The notes beneath the pieces are model-generated. The model had not been told where the DNA came from and made no database searches. It was given only the letters and a program-made list of their open reading frames with translations. Shown here piece after piece: positions 19,105 to 20,000 of a stretch of 20,000 nt of DNA. A program made the translations under genes and the position numbers. The stretch is from Craspedostauros australis (Eukaryota): the NCBI GenBank assembly GCA_030167865.1, contig JALAGF010003692.1:54078-74077 (forward strand). The letters are read 5' to 3'. Numbering within the stretch: position 1 is the first letter of the stretch; every line of letters starts with the position of its first letter.

Positions 19105-19667
19105 GTGCGACACTCGTTGAATCGAGCAGAACAATTGTATGAGAACAACCGAACGACAGCATGAAGCGAAGCAAAAGCAATAAAGTAGATACTTATCTCC
19201 TTAGTCGTACGCACGAAGAGGTATGGAGTCCTCCAGTACCAAGGACAGCTATCCATTCCATTAATACGCCCTGTTCATGAGACGATGCCTGTGTACTGCA
19301 AGAGAAGTGACGCGCTGAGTAACTATTGTTCTGTTGACTACAATTATCGTGGAGTATTGGCACTGTGGTGTCCTCGCTTTGCGCTGTACGGAGCGAGCTC
19401 AATGATACTTCAAGTATTTCGCTCCTGATATCATGTTGCCTCAGTTCAGTTCATTTGCGGCGATCTGCTGTGACAGGTACTTGTAGATGCCATCTCGCTT
19501 TGCCTCCATTGGAGGAAAGCGGCGCCATGGTCTGAGATCCACGATAAATCTCAAGATGCCATCGGCGGCGTGATGAATTTGTGTGGGTGTGTTGGTGCGT
19601 TGGTGTGTTAATGCATTGGAACGGCGCGCTGTCGTTGCGCCTCAATTCACCTCAATCGGTCAAGTGC

Positions 19668-20000
19668 CTACTTCTGGACACCCATCTCCTCGTCACTCTC
19701 GGCGGCACTGTCGTTCTCCTCCTGGTTCAGCTTGTTCATGGCGGCAGTCTCCATGCGAAGGGCAGATTCGAAGATGCGGGCCTCGTCGTCGTTGCTGCAG
19801 GCGTTGATCTCCTCGCGGAGTCCCTTGATGTTCGACAGGATGCGCTCGCGACGGACGGAGTAGGACTCGGTCTGTGCGGCCAATGCCTTCTGGAGCTCGA
19901 GGTATTCCTTTGGAACGGCGGTGGAACCGGCCTCGTTGACAAGGACGTTGGTTCCAAGGTGCAGGTTGCGGTTGCTCTGGTGGTCTGGCTTCATGCCGGC
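19668..20000 (-). CDS. C-terminal part of an unknown protein (coiled-coil-like, acidic tail); 5' end outside the window
   Basis: The frame is open to the window edge (AGMKPDHQSNRNLHLGTNVLVNEAGSTAVPKEYLELQKALAAQ...ESDEEMGVQK*). It has GC3-rich codon usage like the other genes and a helical ERILSNIKGLREEI segment. Confidence 0.75.
   Translation of the reverse strand, partial: AGMKPDHQSNRNLHLGTNVLVNEAGSTAVPKEYLELQKALAAQTESYSVRRERILSNIKGLREEINACSNDDEARIFESALRMETAAMNKLNQEENDSAAESDEEMGVQK

Overview
Gene-dense eukaryotic genomic DNA. It has GT-AG introns of 220-344 nt, low-complexity-rich proteins and a signal-peptide+Phe leader, which together fit a diatom-like stramenopile (inference). Seven protein-coding genes are supported. 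(1) A 3'-truncated minus-strand TPR protein of at least 943 aa that the ORF track misses. (2) A two-exon PIG-F/GPI11-like gene. (3) A two-exon protein with an EF-hand pair inserted in a probable DUF2993/LmeA-like lipid-binding domain, possibly plastid-targeted. (4) TRAPPC4/Trs23. (5) Mitochondrial EF-G2/RRF2 (GFM2). (6) A classical SDR oxidoreductase. (7) The C-terminal end of an unknown gene. The ~2.9 kb gap between GFM2 and the SDR is the accessory part of the window. It is strongly CpG-depleted and holds a ~695-bp TGTTGG...CCAACA element with terminal inverted repeats and a 4-5 bp target duplication, inserted into a 24-bp minisatellite. Further tandem repeats, hairpins and a duplicated 36-bp motif lie between it and the SDR. 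I found no rRNA, tRNA, CRISPR array or intact transposase, and no multi-gene novel system is supported.
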